IMG/VR virus record: IMGVR_UViG_3300036770_008730
Reading direction: 5' to 3' (one strand)
DNA: 64,000 bases
Origin: a virus
Taxonomy: Duplodnaviria > Caudoviricetes
Below, piece after piece: positions 20,265 to 30,909 of the stretch. Below the pieces are notes generated by a model, which was not told where the DNA came from, did not search any database, and worked only from the letters and a program-made list of their open reading frames with translations. Numbering within the stretch: position 1 is the first letter of the stretch; each line of letters starts with the position of its first letter. A program made the translations under genes and the position numbers.

Positions 20265-20456
20265 ATGATAGTTATAAAAATTGACGATAAAAATTCTCTT
20301 GAAAAAGCTCTTAAGAAATATAAGAGAAAATTTGATAATCTTAAAATAGTTAAACAACTTAGAGAGAGAAAAGAGTTCAAAAAGATATCAGTAAAAAGAA
20401 GAGAACAGATTAAAAAGGCTCAGTATATTGAGAACAAATTTAGAAATATCGAATAA
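20265..20456 (+). CDS. rpsU: 30S ribosomal protein bS21
   Basis: LEKALKKYKRKF...LRERKEFKKISVKRREQIKKAQY; 63 aa; Bacteroidota-like. Confidence 0.92.
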   Translation: MIVIKIDDKNSLEKALKKYKRKFDNLKIVKQLRERKEFKKISVKRREQIKKAQYIENKFRNIE

Positions 20457-20457
20457 C

Positions 20458-20658
20458 ATGGCTTGTCCAAAATGCGATTCTTTAAATGTGAAGCGAAGAT
20501 TTTACGCGCCTGTTTCAAAATATGGTCATTTACCTACACCGCCTGTTGATTTTTGTGATGATTGTGGATTTAAATCACAAGAATCATTTAGTTCTATAAA
20601 CTTCAGACATCAAAGAGATTATAAATTAGAACAAATATTACAAAATGGGGTTCAATAA
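20458..20658 (+). CDS. Small Zn-ribbon protein with C-terminal RDYKLEQIL motif
   Basis: Preferred ATG 20458: CPKC...CDDC. Confidence 0.65.
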   Translation: MACPKCDSLNVKRRFYAPVSKYGHLPTPPVDFCDDCGFKSQESFSSINFRHQRDYKLEQILQNGVQ

Positions 20659-20851
20659 AAGATACATCAGTCGAGAAAATTTATCTTACTATAAAGTAAG
20701 AACAGTCAAAGAATTAATTTCTTTTATAAAGAATCCAGATTGTTTAATAATTGAGGATTCTTATTCAGAAAAAATTTGTAATATAGTTAATAATACAAAA
20801 CAAGAATTTTTATATTCAAAGTTAAAAGAAATTGGATTTTATGAATCTTAA
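20645..20851 (+). CDS. Hypothetical protein
   Basis: 68 aa, overlaps both neighbours. Confidence 0.55.
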   Translation: MGFNKRYISRENLSYYKVRTVKELISFIKNPDCLIIEDSYSEKICNIVNNTKQEFLYSKLKEIGFYES

Positions 20852-21560
20852 TAAGAACTATTATAAAATTTTAGAAGTTGATTCTTCTTCTGATGAAAAG
20901 GTAATAAAAAAATCCTACTATAAGTTATCATATAAACATCATCCTGATAAAAAAGGAGATCCTATTGTCTTTGCTGAAATCACAGAAGCTTACAACATAC
21001 TTTCTACTGACAAAAGAAAAGAGTATGACTTAAAAAGTAAGTTTGGAAAGAATTATAATGAGTATTTTGAACTCTTTGAGATTAATTTTGAATTAGATCA
21101 AAAAAAAGAAAAAGAGAGATTTGAAAACTTCAAAAAAAATGATATTGATAATATTGTAATTAAGATTGATGATAGTTTTGACGGAACATTAGAATATGAA
21201 AGATGGATAAAGTGTAAAACTTGTGGAGGAACTGGAAAGGACAATTCAGCAAAAATTTTAATTAAAGACACAAATGGTAATGTTATTAAAACATTTGATG
21301 CTGATGATGGTTGTGATTTTTGTGAGGGAACTGGAAAAGACTATACCGGTTCTGATTGTAGTTTCTGCCATGGTAAAGGTAAAGTAGGACTTAATAATTG
21401 CAAAAATTGCAATGGTGAGAAAAGAATTCTTGGAAAACAAAAACTCAAAGGAATCAAATTAAATGGAAAAGAAACAAAATTAGACGCTATGGGTCATCAT
21501 TCTAAAAATGAAGTAGGAAAAGTTGGATATCTTCTATTGATAAATACTGAAAATTATTAA
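20841..21560 (+). CDS. dnaJ: DnaJ-family co-chaperone (J domain plus Zn fingers, short C-terminus)
   Basis: NYYKILEV...HPD; CKTCGGTG, CDFCEGTG, CSFCHGKG, CKNCNGEK. Preferred ATG 20841. Confidence 0.9.
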   Translation: MNLNKNYYKILEVDSSSDEKVIKKSYYKLSYKHHPDKKGDPIVFAEITEAYNILSTDKRKEYDLKSKFGKNYNEYFELFEINFELDQKKEKERFENFKKNDIDNIVIKIDDSFDGTLEYERWIKCKTCGGTGKDNSAKILIKDTNGNVIKTFDADDGCDFCEGTGKDYTGSDCSFCHGKGKVGLNNCKNCNGEKRILGKQKLKGIKLNGKETKLDAMGHHSKNEVGKVGYLLLINTENY

Positions 21561-24500
21561 TCCATTAAATCTATTACACTAGGACCGGAGATATCTTCTA
21601 TTCCAATTCCACCACCAGAAGATGAAGGTGCAGAGAATCCTATTCCAGCTCCGATTCCACTTACAGCAACATTAGATGCATTAACAGAGAAACTATCTAA
21701 TCCGATTGAAACATTATCTAAAAATTGAAAATTAGCATTTGAGTAGTCTATAAATGGTGCAATTCCTTGATATGGTATTTCAATTCCAAAATTGATATTA
21801 TTAGTAGTAAAGTATTGAAAGAAAGGTATCATATCTACTTCATAATATTTCAAATTATCAATTAAAATCGATGCGGTAAGCGCACCATACCAACCAGAAC
21901 CCCTGAAGTTCATAGAGAGATTAGTTTTATTGAAAAAATACTCTATCTTTTTTGAAACTGGTGTTAGTATGTGATTTACATTTTGATATACTGGAAAGAA
22001 AGACGCATTTACTGTTGTTGAAAATGTGCCTATAGCCGAACCATAATATATATCTCTTGTTACTACATTTAAATTATCAAAGTGAAGAATTGGTTGTGAT
22101 AATGTCTCCTCCTTATATAACGTTGTAATTTTAGATATTGTAGAATCATTAGACTCATAGTAAGGTGTTTGTGCACTCCATCTAGCTAAATTAAATTCAA
22201 CCATTGTATATCTAGACTTTGATACTTTTTCAGATACTCTAAAATTTGTTATTTCCGATGGTTCTGAAATATTTAATACACCGCCTGATGAAATTGCATC
22301 TATTTGCATCTCACTACCCACAAGTAAATCTTCTCTTACATTTGTCCAAGAATATGAAAACCCCGATCTAGAGATGTTTTTTGCTTTTGTCTCAATACTT
22401 CTTGAAAATACAATGGAGTTCAAACCACCAGATGAATAGGTCCAACCTAAATTCAAAAAATCTGTTGCGTCTACATTTGTTGGATCAAAATAATTTTCAA
22501 AATTCGAAGCTTCACCAATATAGTCATTGAAAATTTTATACTTTGTTCCAAGACTATAAGATAGTTCTAAGTTATTATAACTATTTCTGAAATAAGATGT
22601 ACTTGAAAGCACATCATCTGTAGGATATCCATACAGATTATTCTGTGAGTATTCTTTCAATGAAATGTTGTTTCTAATTGTATTTGGTCTTCCTATATTT
22701 ACGGCAGAGTATGTATAATAGTTTACATCTAGCCACGAATTGTATAAAAACACCGCATCAGAATCTAAATAATCTACTGATGATAGTTTTGATGTGTTGT
22801 TACTTTTAAAGGTGAAATTTTGAACTAAACCAGTTGAAATTCCAGTATAAATCGAACCACTCTCACTCTGTGTAGGTTCTGTACCATAATCTTTATCCGT
22901 TATAATTTGATACTCATTTGTTACAGTAACAACTGATGCTGTTCCATCATAAGATGAATTTATGCCTTTATTATCTTTATCTATATAAATCAGGTCATTT
23001 GTATAGAGTTTATGTGGTTGTGAGAAAGAAAGACCTAATTTATTACCTTTAGTAAAATATGTATTTGAAAAAGTTACAGAATAAAGTTGGCTAGAAAAAT
23101 GACCACCATCAAATGTCCCATCGATCCAACTTGAATCAAACATTTCGGTTATTAGTGGATAACCTTTGAACAGACCGGAGTTCCATATTCCAGTATAATA
23201 TCCATTTAGGAAAACGCCCGATAACCAAACATTTTTTGTAATTTTAATTCTATGAAATGGAGAATCTTTCTCAATTCTCTTCAATGGAAAGTTATTTATT
23301 AACTCGACCACGAAGGAATTTGAGTTTTTATTTATTATTGTGAAATAACCTTTTAATAATTTCCTATCTTCGTTGAAGTCAATTGCAACTATGTTTCCTA
23401 AAGATACCTTATCACCAATATTGAATTTTTCAATTGTTAATGGTGGTCCGATTATCTGAAATCTCCAAATTTTACCTCTATCCAGGCTAAAATATTGACC
23501 AATATCATATAATTCGTAGACCACCTCATCATATCTCCAACCGCTATTCCATACACCATTTTCCCAAATACCGGCCATGAATTTTCCATTTCCAATTTTT
23601 GAAAAAATCTGTTGAACATCTAATGATTGTGTTGCATTATATGTATTTCCGGTACCAGTATAAGCTGAAAAAGTTGCACCTGTTAATCCAATTGGCGTTA
23701 ATGATGTTGGATTCAAGTATAAATTACTATTAGTTGTTAGATACCTTCTATTGTTACCAGACCAATAACCACCTTCTATGTTAATATTTGATAATGCTTG
23801 AATAGTAGATGTGTCTGTAGTTCTCGCTTTTATTATCAAGTATTGTTTTCCAGTAAGTCCAAAGTATGCACTAAATGTAGATGATCCACTCATTCCACTT
23901 TGTGTATAACTAGCAAGTAGTTCAGCAGTATCGGGTATAAATTGAGGCGAATTTAGAATGTAATAGTCATTACTCGGTTTCTCTTGAGAAAGATATATGT
24001 CTATTCCATCATTGACGGAACCAGATGCCTTTGTGTAAGTGAATGATAAGTTGAATTTACCATAGTCAATATATTTTACTAAATAATTCAATGATGCTGA
24101 TCCTATTACTACTCTTGCCTTTACGAAACCACCATATAGATTTGCTTCAACAATTTGAGCTGGGAAAATTGTTCCAGCCACATCATCATACCAGATATAT
24201 GAGTTTGTATCTGGATAATAACACCATCCTCTTCCATCAGTTGATGCTGAGAATGATATTGCGGTAGATTGAGTTCCACTATTACCGTCTCTCCACCATG
24301 CAAAACCTTGAATATCAAAATCTATTTCATTTATTCTTGTTTCGTATAAAGCTTCTGAATTTCCACCCAATCCAAATGCATTATTAGCCTTGTAAATTAC
24401 ATAGTCGTTTGATGTTATATTTGTGCTTGGATTTGAATAAAAATATAGGAAACCATTTCCTGGTGATGGTGGTTCCATTCCAGCAACAAAACTATTTCTA

Positions 24501-24817
24501 TCAACATTTGAATAATCAATGCTATCACCCCAGACTGTATTTGCTGAAAATGATGCGGAAGAGTTGAAGAAATTACCAACGTAAGTTGTATATTGATATG
24601 TTTTTTTACTATTGAATGTTGTCGCTGTAGGATTCCTATAAATTAATTTTGGTAAATTTCCAGGAAATGGATATGATATATTTACTCCTAAACCAGTTCC
24701 GGTCAATGTCCAATTAGGAATACTTGAGTCAAAGTAGCTAGTTGCCCAATAGTATCCACTACTTGGTAATCCAAATGATATTACTGCTGACATTGGAGGC
24801 GCACTAGGAAATCCCAT
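21557..24817 (-). CDS. Large putative virion protein with W-x-x-G repeats
   Basis: 1086 aa; GIWENGVWNSGW and WLSGVFLNGYYTGIWNSG arrays, similar to ORF 2..3067. Confidence 0.6.
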   Translation of the reverse strand: MGFPSAPPMSAVISFGLPSSGYYWATSYFDSSIPNWTLTGTGLGVNISYPFPGNLPKLIYRNPTATTFNSKKTYQYTTYVGNFFNSSASFSANTVWGDSIDYSNVDRNSFVAGMEPPSPGNGFLYFYSNPSTNITSNDYVIYKANNAFGLGGNSEALYETRINEIDFDIQGFAWWRDGNSGTQSTAISFSASTDGRGWCYYPDTNSYIWYDDVAGTIFPAQIVEANLYGGFVKARVVIGSASLNYLVKYIDYGKFNLSFTYTKASGSVNDGIDIYLSQEKPSNDYYILNSPQFIPDTAELLASYTQSGMSGSSTFSAYFGLTGKQYLIIKARTTDTSTIQALSNINIEGGYWSGNNRRYLTTNSNLYLNPTSLTPIGLTGATFSAYTGTGNTYNATQSLDVQQIFSKIGNGKFMAGIWENGVWNSGWRYDEVVYELYDIGQYFSLDRGKIWRFQIIGPPLTIEKFNIGDKVSLGNIVAIDFNEDRKLLKGYFTIINKNSNSFVVELINNFPLKRIEKDSPFHRIKITKNVWLSGVFLNGYYTGIWNSGLFKGYPLITEMFDSSWIDGTFDGGHFSSQLYSVTFSNTYFTKGNKLGLSFSQPHKLYTNDLIYIDKDNKGINSSYDGTASVVTVTNEYQIITDKDYGTEPTQSESGSIYTGISTGLVQNFTFKSNNTSKLSSVDYLDSDAVFLYNSWLDVNYYTYSAVNIGRPNTIRNNISLKEYSQNNLYGYPTDDVLSSTSYFRNSYNNLELSYSLGTKYKIFNDYIGEASNFENYFDPTNVDATDFLNLGWTYSSGGLNSIVFSRSIETKAKNISRSGFSYSWTNVREDLLVGSEMQIDAISSGGVLNISEPSEITNFRVSEKVSKSRYTMVEFNLARWSAQTPYYESNDSTISKITTLYKEETLSQPILHFDNLNVVTRDIYYGSAIGTFSTTVNASFFPVYQNVNHILTPVSKKIEYFFNKTNLSMNFRGSGWYGALTASILIDNLKYYEVDMIPFFQYFTTNNINFGIEIPYQGIAPFIDYSNANFQFLDNVSIGLDSFSVNASNVAVSGIGAGIGFSAPSSSGGGIGIEDISGPSVIDLMD

Positions 24818-24851
24818 TTACTATTTATTAATTTTTTATTATTCTCTATCC

Positions 24852-27800
24852 TCACGGGGTAAATATTACTGCCATTGGAGGCCCAGGAATAGGTGGTGGA
24901 AATGGTGAAGGAGGCGGTGGAGGAGGCGGTGTTGACACCGGAGCATCTATACTATCATCTATAAATGGTGTCGATGCGGTAGTAAATATCTCAAATCCTT
25001 CACTCTGATATTCAAAAATATTCCAAATATGACAAGATGAAGTTCCTGACCAACTCATACCTCTAAATAAAATTTGCTTTGTAAAGTCATCATTTATGTT
25101 TCCACCCAATTCAAATGCTGATCCATACCAGTTTCCATTTCTCCATAATCCATCTTCCCAAAAAATGTTAAAAGCATTCATATAATTTGAAACTCCAGTT
25201 TTCCAAATCATTCCATAACCAGTTCCTATTATAAAGTTTCCTTTATTCCACTTTGATATAAAAAAGTCACCATTTTCAAAATTCCCATCTTCCCAAATAC
25301 AACTATCATCAATATTAAAAGATGCTGTAGGTGATATTTTAACTATTAAATTATCAATTGTAAGACTACCTGTTTGTCCGAAAGTTGTTACATATAATGA
25401 TAAATTCCCACCCAACAGATTCACCTCAACTTTATTAGTTCCTATGTTACCTGATGTTACTGGATTTAATAATGTAGAAGTTGTTCCACCATTACCTACA
25501 TAGACCGCAAGATTATTATTTATACTTGAAAATGTTACAACATCAAATGTTATTTCATACTTACCAGCCGCTAAAGAAGTTGATGAATTTGTTAAATACA
25601 GAGCTGGAGCATTTGACTCCGCGATGAAATAAGCTTGATTTGATACCAAACTAAATGTAGAGTATTTGCCTGAAGAATTACCACTACCAGCAACCCAACC
25701 ACCTAATGATGATGTGAACGAACCATTTGAAATCAAATCATTCTGAGTAGAATAATCCCAAACATACATTGGACTTACATTTCTTCTTACATATGGATTA
25801 AATGAACTCGCATAAAATTTACCCTTATCAAAAGTACCATTCAACCAAACTATATTATTGGTTTCACCGCTTTGATGACTAAATGTGCCGTTAAGCCATA
25901 ACGCATTTGAAATTTTAGTTGGTGTATAAGTTCTTCTTAAATTTGAAACTTCATTTCTTTCTAACTTAGAATATAGTTTTTTGTCTTTAATTAATTTGTC
26001 TTTCTGGTCTGTAAAATAACCATCTCTCCATAGACCATAGAAACTATTTCTAAATGAGTCTACGAAACTATTTGCGGCTGATGCTGATGATCCACCAACA
26101 CTTGAAACTTTTGAACTTCCTTGAAACTCACCTTTTTCAAAAATACCATTATTCCAAACTCTGCCTTTGAAAATTCCATTGTTGAACTCTCCATAGTACC
26201 AAGTAGAGTTAGTCAATCCTTCTGCATTTCCAAATTCACCTCCGTTAAATGTTCCATTTTCCCATCCGTAGATACTTGCTGAGGCTGAATCGCTTTGTGT
26301 CCATCCATAACCAGAAGTAAATTTACCACCATTAAATGTTCCTTTTTTCCATTTAGCTAATGAAACAAATTGACCACCATTAAACTCACCATTATACCAA
26401 GTTGCTGTATTTGAAGCAGTAGTTTGTTGATAGTTGGTTCCAAATAAACCATCATTAAATATTCCGTTTTGCCAAATTATATTATTTGTTGTTGATTCTT
26501 GTAGACTGGTATCGGATGCATAGAAGCTAGCATTTTCAACAATAACATTACTTACAGTTGCATTATAAACAACTGTATCTTGTGTGTCTATACCAGAATC
26601 TCCAAAAATACCACCATTTATTAGTCCATTGTACCACTTTGAGTAGTAAAATTTACCACTTTCAAAAGTTCCATTCTCCCAATCACTTTTATAAAAATCA
26701 GACGCTCTATTTCGACTACCTAATCTAAATATTCCATTTTGCCAAGAATATCTATCATTTGAAATTGTTGCAGTTGTTATACCATCTTTGTAATAAGAAA
26801 GTGTATTTTCTGTGTAAAAATTTTCCTCATTTTGAGTAGGCTCACCATTAAATGTTCTAGATTCATAAAAAGTACCACTATTAAATAATCCATCAACCCA
26901 TCTTGATTCTTTTATTACACCATTTGAAAATGTCATGTTATTTATTACTGACTTCTGTATAATACCATTTGTCCAAGTATTATCACCTCCAACAAAATTT
27001 GAATAAAGATAAGTAGCATTTGATAAAAAATTTCCATTACTTTTAAATAGACCATCAGCAATAACTAAGTTTCTAATTCTTGAAAGATTGATATAATCCT
27101 TATCATCAACATTATATTCATCATTCTCAATCAAAGAATTAGTAATATAAGTTCTTCTAAGAATTCCTGATTTGATTTTAGTTTTATTAAATCTAGTTTT
27201 ATAAATGTATCCGTATCTGTTACTTGCTCCAGGTGTATTAAAAAATCCAAATGGTAACAACGTATTAAACACACTTGTCGTTCCAGTAACTATAAGTTCC
27301 TGTAGTCCTAATCCACCTGCAAAATCATTCGATATAACCTTATAATTAGAAGGAAGTAGTGTTACTGATGATGTTACGGAAGTTATTTGTGCTATCCCAT
27401 CAAAAGATCCATCTTGTATCGTTACCAAATCACCAATTTGATATCCTATACCTGGTTGGTTTATGTATATAGAATCAATCGTTCCTAATGGAGCATCTAT
27501 ATTCACAATTAATCCTGTTCCTGCCCCACCAGATACTGCAACACTAGAAGTACTAGTGTAGATAGTTCCTGGATTTGAAACTGTTATACCAGTCACATAA
27601 TTTTCAACTGTATAATAAACCGAATTTAGATATACTATATTTCCAATTTCTAATGATCTATCATCAGAATTTGGATTAGAATAATCATAGGTTGTTGTTA
27701 CACTAAGAATTGAACTTGAAGTGGACGAAATCGACATATTATAATAACCACCACTCAGTGTAGTAGTTGGAAATAAAGAAGTCGGAATTGTTATATTTAA

Positions 27801-30068
27801 GTCATTATTGTAACTTATGTTATTACCATTTATCCAATTTGATGTTTCAATCAAACCACTCTCTAATTCCGAATCAACTATGTAAGCATTTGAAATGTCT
27901 ACTATTTCTCCTAAGTAATTTGACATTGTAGGAGAAGTGACTGATGACGTAGCTAAATCTCTGTTGAAATTTATGTGAGATAATGCATAACTATTAGTAT
28001 CTATTGTTTTAATTATTAAATCAACTGAATATCCAGATTTCTCGTTTTCTGAAGTAATTGCGGTTGAATAACTTCCAAAAGCTCCAACACTGGTCAATTT
28101 ATACGAATTTTCCAATGGTGTTGAAAGGTAAGCTGTATATTCAATGCCTCTTTTACAGAAACTATATGTTGCTGGGTTTATTTCATCTATATTTTCAGTC
28201 CATGATGATAATGTGAACTTTGTGTCAAAGAAATTAAGAACTTCTTTTGATTGATTGTTAATTATTAGACCTTTTATATAGAAATAGTCTTTATTTTTTA
28301 ACCTTTCGTAGTTGCTTCTAGAAATATAGAACTTATAGATTTTATTTGACGCACCATTTGCATAAGGATTAAACTCGGTTGCGCTATACTCATCATAGTC
28401 TGTTATTTTTATTATATTATCACTTATTACACTTGAATCTTTAATAAACGATTCGGTCAGTTTGGAGTTAACAATTTTACTTTTAACAAATCTTGTGTTA
28501 TAAGCTCTTGAATTACTTACTTCTGAGTTTCCAATTAAAACATCATTCAAATAACAACCTTCAAAAAAACCTTTGTTTGTTTTGTTAGTAAAGGTTGTCA
28601 ATGTTGAAGTCAAATAGTTTTCAACTACTGAGTAGGTCGCTGATTGTGTGCCTAAAGAAGAATTTATTATACTACCATTGTTGATTATTGAACTTTGTAG
28701 TATTGAATCATATATAAAATTATATCCCTTTCCATCATTATTTGTTTGACTTGCTTTTTGAAAAGGAATACCATTTTCATCAAAACTAGAGTAAAAACTT
28801 TCCTTTGATGTGTATTTTGAATTTATTAGTCCTTTTGTCCAAAAGGAATTAAGTAATGTTCCAGTTTGCCACTTAGAATCACCACCATCCCAAATAATCA
28901 TTTTATCTTGTCTACCAAAAAGTCCTGTATTCCACTTACCTTTGAAATTCCCATCTCTAAAATTCGCCTTAGTAATAAATGGTTTATGATAAGTTACATC
29001 GACCATCCATTCTGATTGAGTTGGTCCAATATTCCATTTATAAATATATCCTTCTTGAAACGTCTTATTATTGTAATTAAAACTACCATTTATAATTTTT
29101 AATCTATTGTTGTTACTATATGTTGGCGATAATGCAATTGAAAATGAACCTATTATAAATGAACTTGTAATGTCTATCCAATTAGCTGGATTAGTTGAGC
29201 TGTCTCTTACATAGAATCCAGCTGATGTGATTGCGTTACAATCACCCCAACCAGTAGTTAATGGTGAGTATAAGTCATCTACATAAATTATGCTATTTTG
29301 ATATTGTTCAAATTTATTACTGACAGAGGCACCTCTAGTTGTAATTTGTCTATTTATTTGTAGTAACTCTTGACGATCCCTGATATAGTGAACTTTTATA
29401 AAATCATCAACTTCATCATCATTATATGGTAAAACTCCTGTATAATTAATGTCTAAAACTATTTTACATCTGTCTATATCTAGTATTTTATAACCATCTC
29501 TTCCTTTTTTATATTTATCGGCCTTTATAAGAAGATCATTATCATAATTTCCATTTATTATAAATACTCTATCTCCTTTTTTTAATCCTGAGTCAACATC
29601 AGTATAGAAAAGTGTTTTATTGAATCCACTTAAATCAAATGGTTCTACCCAATTAAGAATTCTTGGACTAAAAGATTTATCGTAGATATCTACTTCTATA
29701 TTTTCTCTATTAAAAGAGACAAGCTTTACAAGACCTTTTGCTTTTTTTATTTCTTGTTTTTGAACCAATACTGGTTTAAGAGAAACCAATCCCCTAACTG
29801 TTTGAGGAGTAACAGCTTTTGGATTATTAAAAATAGATTGTATATTATCCGGTATTATTGCACCATTATTAAATACTGGTTTAGAATCTAATTCCTGAAT
29901 AAGTTGATTATATTGAGTCAGTGTAATTTCACCATTTTTTAGCTTAATCGAAAGCTGACTCTTTTTTAGGTTGATTTTTTCTGTATCAAGCCTCTCATCG
30001 GAATTCATAATAGTTGGAATACTTGGTAGGTCAAAACCTAATAGTGAACTTGCTGAGAATGTTGCCAT
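24852..30068 (-). CDS. Giant putative virion protein with (W/F)-x-x-G-x repeats and Pro-rich C-terminus
   Basis: 1738 aa; WYNGEFNGGQF, WKKGTFNGGKF arrays; ends PPPPPPPSPFPPPIPGPP. Confidence 0.6.
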   Translation of the reverse strand: MATFSASSLLGFDLPSIPTIMNSDERLDTEKINLKKSQLSIKLKNGEITLTQYNQLIQELDSKPVFNNGAIIPDNIQSIFNNPKAVTPQTVRGLVSLKPVLVQKQEIKKAKGLVKLVSFNRENIEVDIYDKSFSPRILNWVEPFDLSGFNKTLFYTDVDSGLKKGDRVFIINGNYDNDLLIKADKYKKGRDGYKILDIDRCKIVLDINYTGVLPYNDDEVDDFIKVHYIRDRQELLQINRQITTRGASVSNKFEQYQNSIIYVDDLYSPLTTGWGDCNAITSAGFYVRDSSTNPANWIDITSSFIIGSFSIALSPTYSNNNRLKIINGSFNYNNKTFQEGYIYKWNIGPTQSEWMVDVTYHKPFITKANFRDGNFKGKWNTGLFGRQDKMIIWDGGDSKWQTGTLLNSFWTKGLINSKYTSKESFYSSFDENGIPFQKASQTNNDGKGYNFIYDSILQSSIINNGSIINSSLGTQSATYSVVENYLTSTLTTFTNKTNKGFFEGCYLNDVLIGNSEVSNSRAYNTRFVKSKIVNSKLTESFIKDSSVISDNIIKITDYDEYSATEFNPYANGASNKIYKFYISRSNYERLKNKDYFYIKGLIINNQSKEVLNFFDTKFTLSSWTENIDEINPATYSFCKRGIEYTAYLSTPLENSYKLTSVGAFGSYSTAITSENEKSGYSVDLIIKTIDTNSYALSHINFNRDLATSSVTSPTMSNYLGEIVDISNAYIVDSELESGLIETSNWINGNNISYNNDLNITIPTSLFPTTTLSGGYYNMSISSTSSSILSVTTTYDYSNPNSDDRSLEIGNIVYLNSVYYTVENYVTGITVSNPGTIYTSTSSVAVSGGAGTGLIVNIDAPLGTIDSIYINQPGIGYQIGDLVTIQDGSFDGIAQITSVTSSVTLLPSNYKVISNDFAGGLGLQELIVTGTTSVFNTLLPFGFFNTPGASNRYGYIYKTRFNKTKIKSGILRRTYITNSLIENDEYNVDDKDYINLSRIRNLVIADGLFKSNGNFLSNATYLYSNFVGGDNTWTNGIIQKSVINNMTFSNGVIKESRWVDGLFNSGTFYESRTFNGEPTQNEENFYTENTLSYYKDGITTATISNDRYSWQNGIFRLGSRNRASDFYKSDWENGTFESGKFYYSKWYNGLINGGIFGDSGIDTQDTVVYNATVSNVIVENASFYASDTSLQESTTNNIIWQNGIFNDGLFGTNYQQTTASNTATWYNGEFNGGQFVSLAKWKKGTFNGGKFTSGYGWTQSDSASASIYGWENGTFNGGEFGNAEGLTNSTWYYGEFNNGIFKGRVWNNGIFEKGEFQGSSKVSSVGGSSASAANSFVDSFRNSFYGLWRDGYFTDQKDKLIKDKKLYSKLERNEVSNLRRTYTPTKISNALWLNGTFSHQSGETNNIVWLNGTFDKGKFYASSFNPYVRRNVSPMYVWDYSTQNDLISNGSFTSSLGGWVAGSGNSSGKYSTFSLVSNQAYFIAESNAPALYLTNSSTSLAAGKYEITFDVVTFSSINNNLAVYVGNGGTTSTLLNPVTSGNIGTNKVEVNLLGGNLSLYVTTFGQTGSLTIDNLIVKISPTASFNIDDSCIWEDGNFENGDFFISKWNKGNFIIGTGYGMIWKTGVSNYMNAFNIFWEDGLWRNGNWYGSAFELGGNINDDFTKQILFRGMSWSGTSSCHIWNIFEYQSEGFEIFTTASTPFIDDSIDAPVSTPPPPPPPSPFPPPIPGPPMAVIFTP

Positions 30069-30160
30069 TTACAAAAACTGTCTTTTACCTATATATAAAT
30101 AATTGAGGACTTTCTATGTAGACTAAGAATTTTTTATTAATTTTAACCTGTAGTATTTTT

Positions 30161-30283
30161 ATGAAAGAAATTAAATATCAAAGATTTATTGACAGACTTA
30201 GTACCTCTTTAAGAAAATCTAAAAAAAATAGATTAAGAGTTTTCCAAAGAAAAATTAAAATTATTAGCATTTTCAATTCTTAA
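30161..30283 (+). CDS. 40-aa basic micro-ORF ending in RKIKIISIF
   Basis: Manual translation MKEIKYQRFIDRLSTSLRKSKKNRLRVFQRKIKIISIFNS*; fills an otherwise empty 240-nt gap. Confidence 0.55.
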   Translation: MKEIKYQRFIDRLSTSLRKSKKNRLRVFQRKIKIISIFNS

Positions 30284-30289
30284 TATATA
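30281..30289 (+). promoter_or_regulatory. Putative phage late promoter TAATATATA
   Basis: Exact motif 19 nt before the ATG at 30309. Confidence 0.5.
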
Positions 30290-30308
30290 AGAAAACTTAT
30301 TTATTTTT

Positions 30309-30863
30309 ATGAATTTACAGGAATTACTTAATAAATGGAATATCAAATGTGATGTCAATATCTTATTATCTATGTGGAATGAATCACATAGACACTATCA
30401 TAATCTTGACCATCTTAATGATTTAATACAACAAATCAATGAAAACAAATCAAAATATTCGGAAAAGCAGTATGATAAATTGATATTGACTTCACTTTTC
30501 CATGATTGTATTTATGAACCAACTCAGAATGATAATGAAGAGAGATCAGCAAAGTTTTTTGAGGACTGTTGCATAGATAAGACAAATTCTGATATACAAG
30601 AAATTAAACAAGCTATTTTAGATACAAAAACTCACAATGCGACAACTAATCTTTCAGAGTCATTTAATTACTATGATATGAATATTGTAGAAAGAGATTT
30701 TAATCAATTATTAGAATGGGAAAGAGGAATAAGAGAAGAATATAAAGCATATGGTGAAGCTTATAAAGAAGGAAGAGTAAAATTCTTAGAATCTTTATTA
30801 GATAAATATCCTCACAATACTGAGAACTTAATTAAGTTATTAGAATTTGTAAAATTAAACTAA
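30309..30863 (+). CDS. HD-superfamily metal-dependent phosphohydrolase
   Basis: RHYHNLDHL...LFHDCIYEP...NEERSA. Confidence 0.8.
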   Translation: MNLQELLNKWNIKCDVNILLSMWNESHRHYHNLDHLNDLIQQINENKSKYSEKQYDKLILTSLFHDCIYEPTQNDNEERSAKFFEDCCIDKTNSDIQEIKQAILDTKTHNATTNLSESFNYYDMNIVERDFNQLLEWERGIREEYKAYGEAYKEGRVKFLESLLDKYPHNTENLIKLLEFVKLN

Positions 30864-30909
30864 AAACTTTTTGAACTACATCTTATACCATTATAAAATA
30901 ATATAAATA

